Part shown: in pieces, positions 63,752 through 64,000 of the stretch
How the letters are laid out: each line of letters starts with the position of its first letter
How positions within the stretch are numbered: position 1 is the stretch's first letter
Source: Ramazzottius varieornatus
Taxonomy: Eukaryota; Animalia; Tardigrada
DNA: 64,000 nt
NCBI GenBank assembly: GCA_001949185.1
Contig: BDGG01000004.1
Location: 4,373,777-4,437,776, forward strand
Direction: 5' to 3'
The notes under the pieces: generated by a model
The model's database searches: none
Told to the model about the DNA's origin: nothing
Seen by the model: the letters and a program-made list of their open reading frames with translations, nothing else
Program-made: the position numbers and the translations under genes

Positions 63752-63965
63752 CGTAAGTATCTTTCTATACCATTTGGTCAAAATCAATCACGAAAAAACG
63801 GTCGTTTAAAGTACTTGAAAAATATCATGTTTTCATGTCGTAATTGAGAGCTCTGCAGACAAACTCGACAACATTGCCTCCCTAAGTTGCGGACGGTAGT
63901 AATGTTATTAGCTGTAAGCGTGCGCCACTTTGAGAAACGATGCTGTCGAGTATGTTTTCCGAGCA
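46184..63965. repeat. Eleven intronic copies of the palindromic hairpin element in the giant CH gene
   Basis: Approximate copies: 46184-46302, 47001-47137, 50785-50878, 52006-52120, 55015-55130, 56980-57065, 58340-58461, 59894-60001, 60375-60491, 60800-60915, 63855-63965. Shared core CAAGTGGCGCAC-N~27-TGCGCCACTTG with outer (CT)CGGCAAA/TTTGCCGAG arms. Confidence 0.8.
59894..63230 (+). repeat. Recent internal tandem duplications of exon and intron blocks
   Basis: Near-identical DNA at about 60093-60264, 61384-61555 and 62582-62751; about 62374-62547 vs 63053-63227; and about 59894-60085 vs 60385-60574 (intron element, acceptor and [12 protein letters not shown]). Confidence 0.9.
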
Positions 63966-64000
63966 TCCGTAACTATTTTCCATTACTTTGATCCATGCGC

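Noticed and set aside
1-64000. tRNA or rRNA genes and autonomous transposase or reverse transcriptase ORFs
   Set aside because: GGTTCGA-like hits lack cloverleaf context, and no DDE or RT motifs were seen in the ORF track. A tRNAscan-SE, Infernal or RepeatMasker run would be needed to exclude them formally.

Overview
Eukaryotic (animal) genomic DNA from a compact, intron-rich genome, with many 55-90 nt GT-AG introns and moderate GC. It looks invertebrate or panarthropod-like, for example a tardigrade-type genome, but that is inference only. I assembled the gene models by hand from splice sites and recognised the families from remembered sequence motifs; no searches were run. Nine multi-exon genes: MEX3 (2 KH + RING, +), a probable BEN-domain protein (+), IMPAD1/gPAPP-like phosphatase (+), a coiled-coil protein ending in a KIF23/MKLP1/Pavarotti tail but with no kinesin motor (+), class IV POU factor (-), RNF4-like RING protein (-), a large TPR protein (-), Mesh/SUSD2-type membrane protein (-), and a giant nesprin/MSP-300-type CH-CH protein with long unrecognised repeats that runs off the window end (+). 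Non-autonomous DNA transposon relics are present: one hAT-like, two Tc1/mariner-like and one piggyBac-like. Most interesting: (1) the motor-less MKLP1 tail gene; (2) an 89-bp inverted repeat covering the TPR gene start codon; (3) a self-palindromic ~85-140 bp element with 13 copies, 11 of them one per intron in the giant CH gene, several next to duplicated, phase-symmetric exons; (4) that gene's H-x5-D, PERHLE and basic-GxxFGxF repeats. No tRNA, rRNA or CRISPR array was seen.
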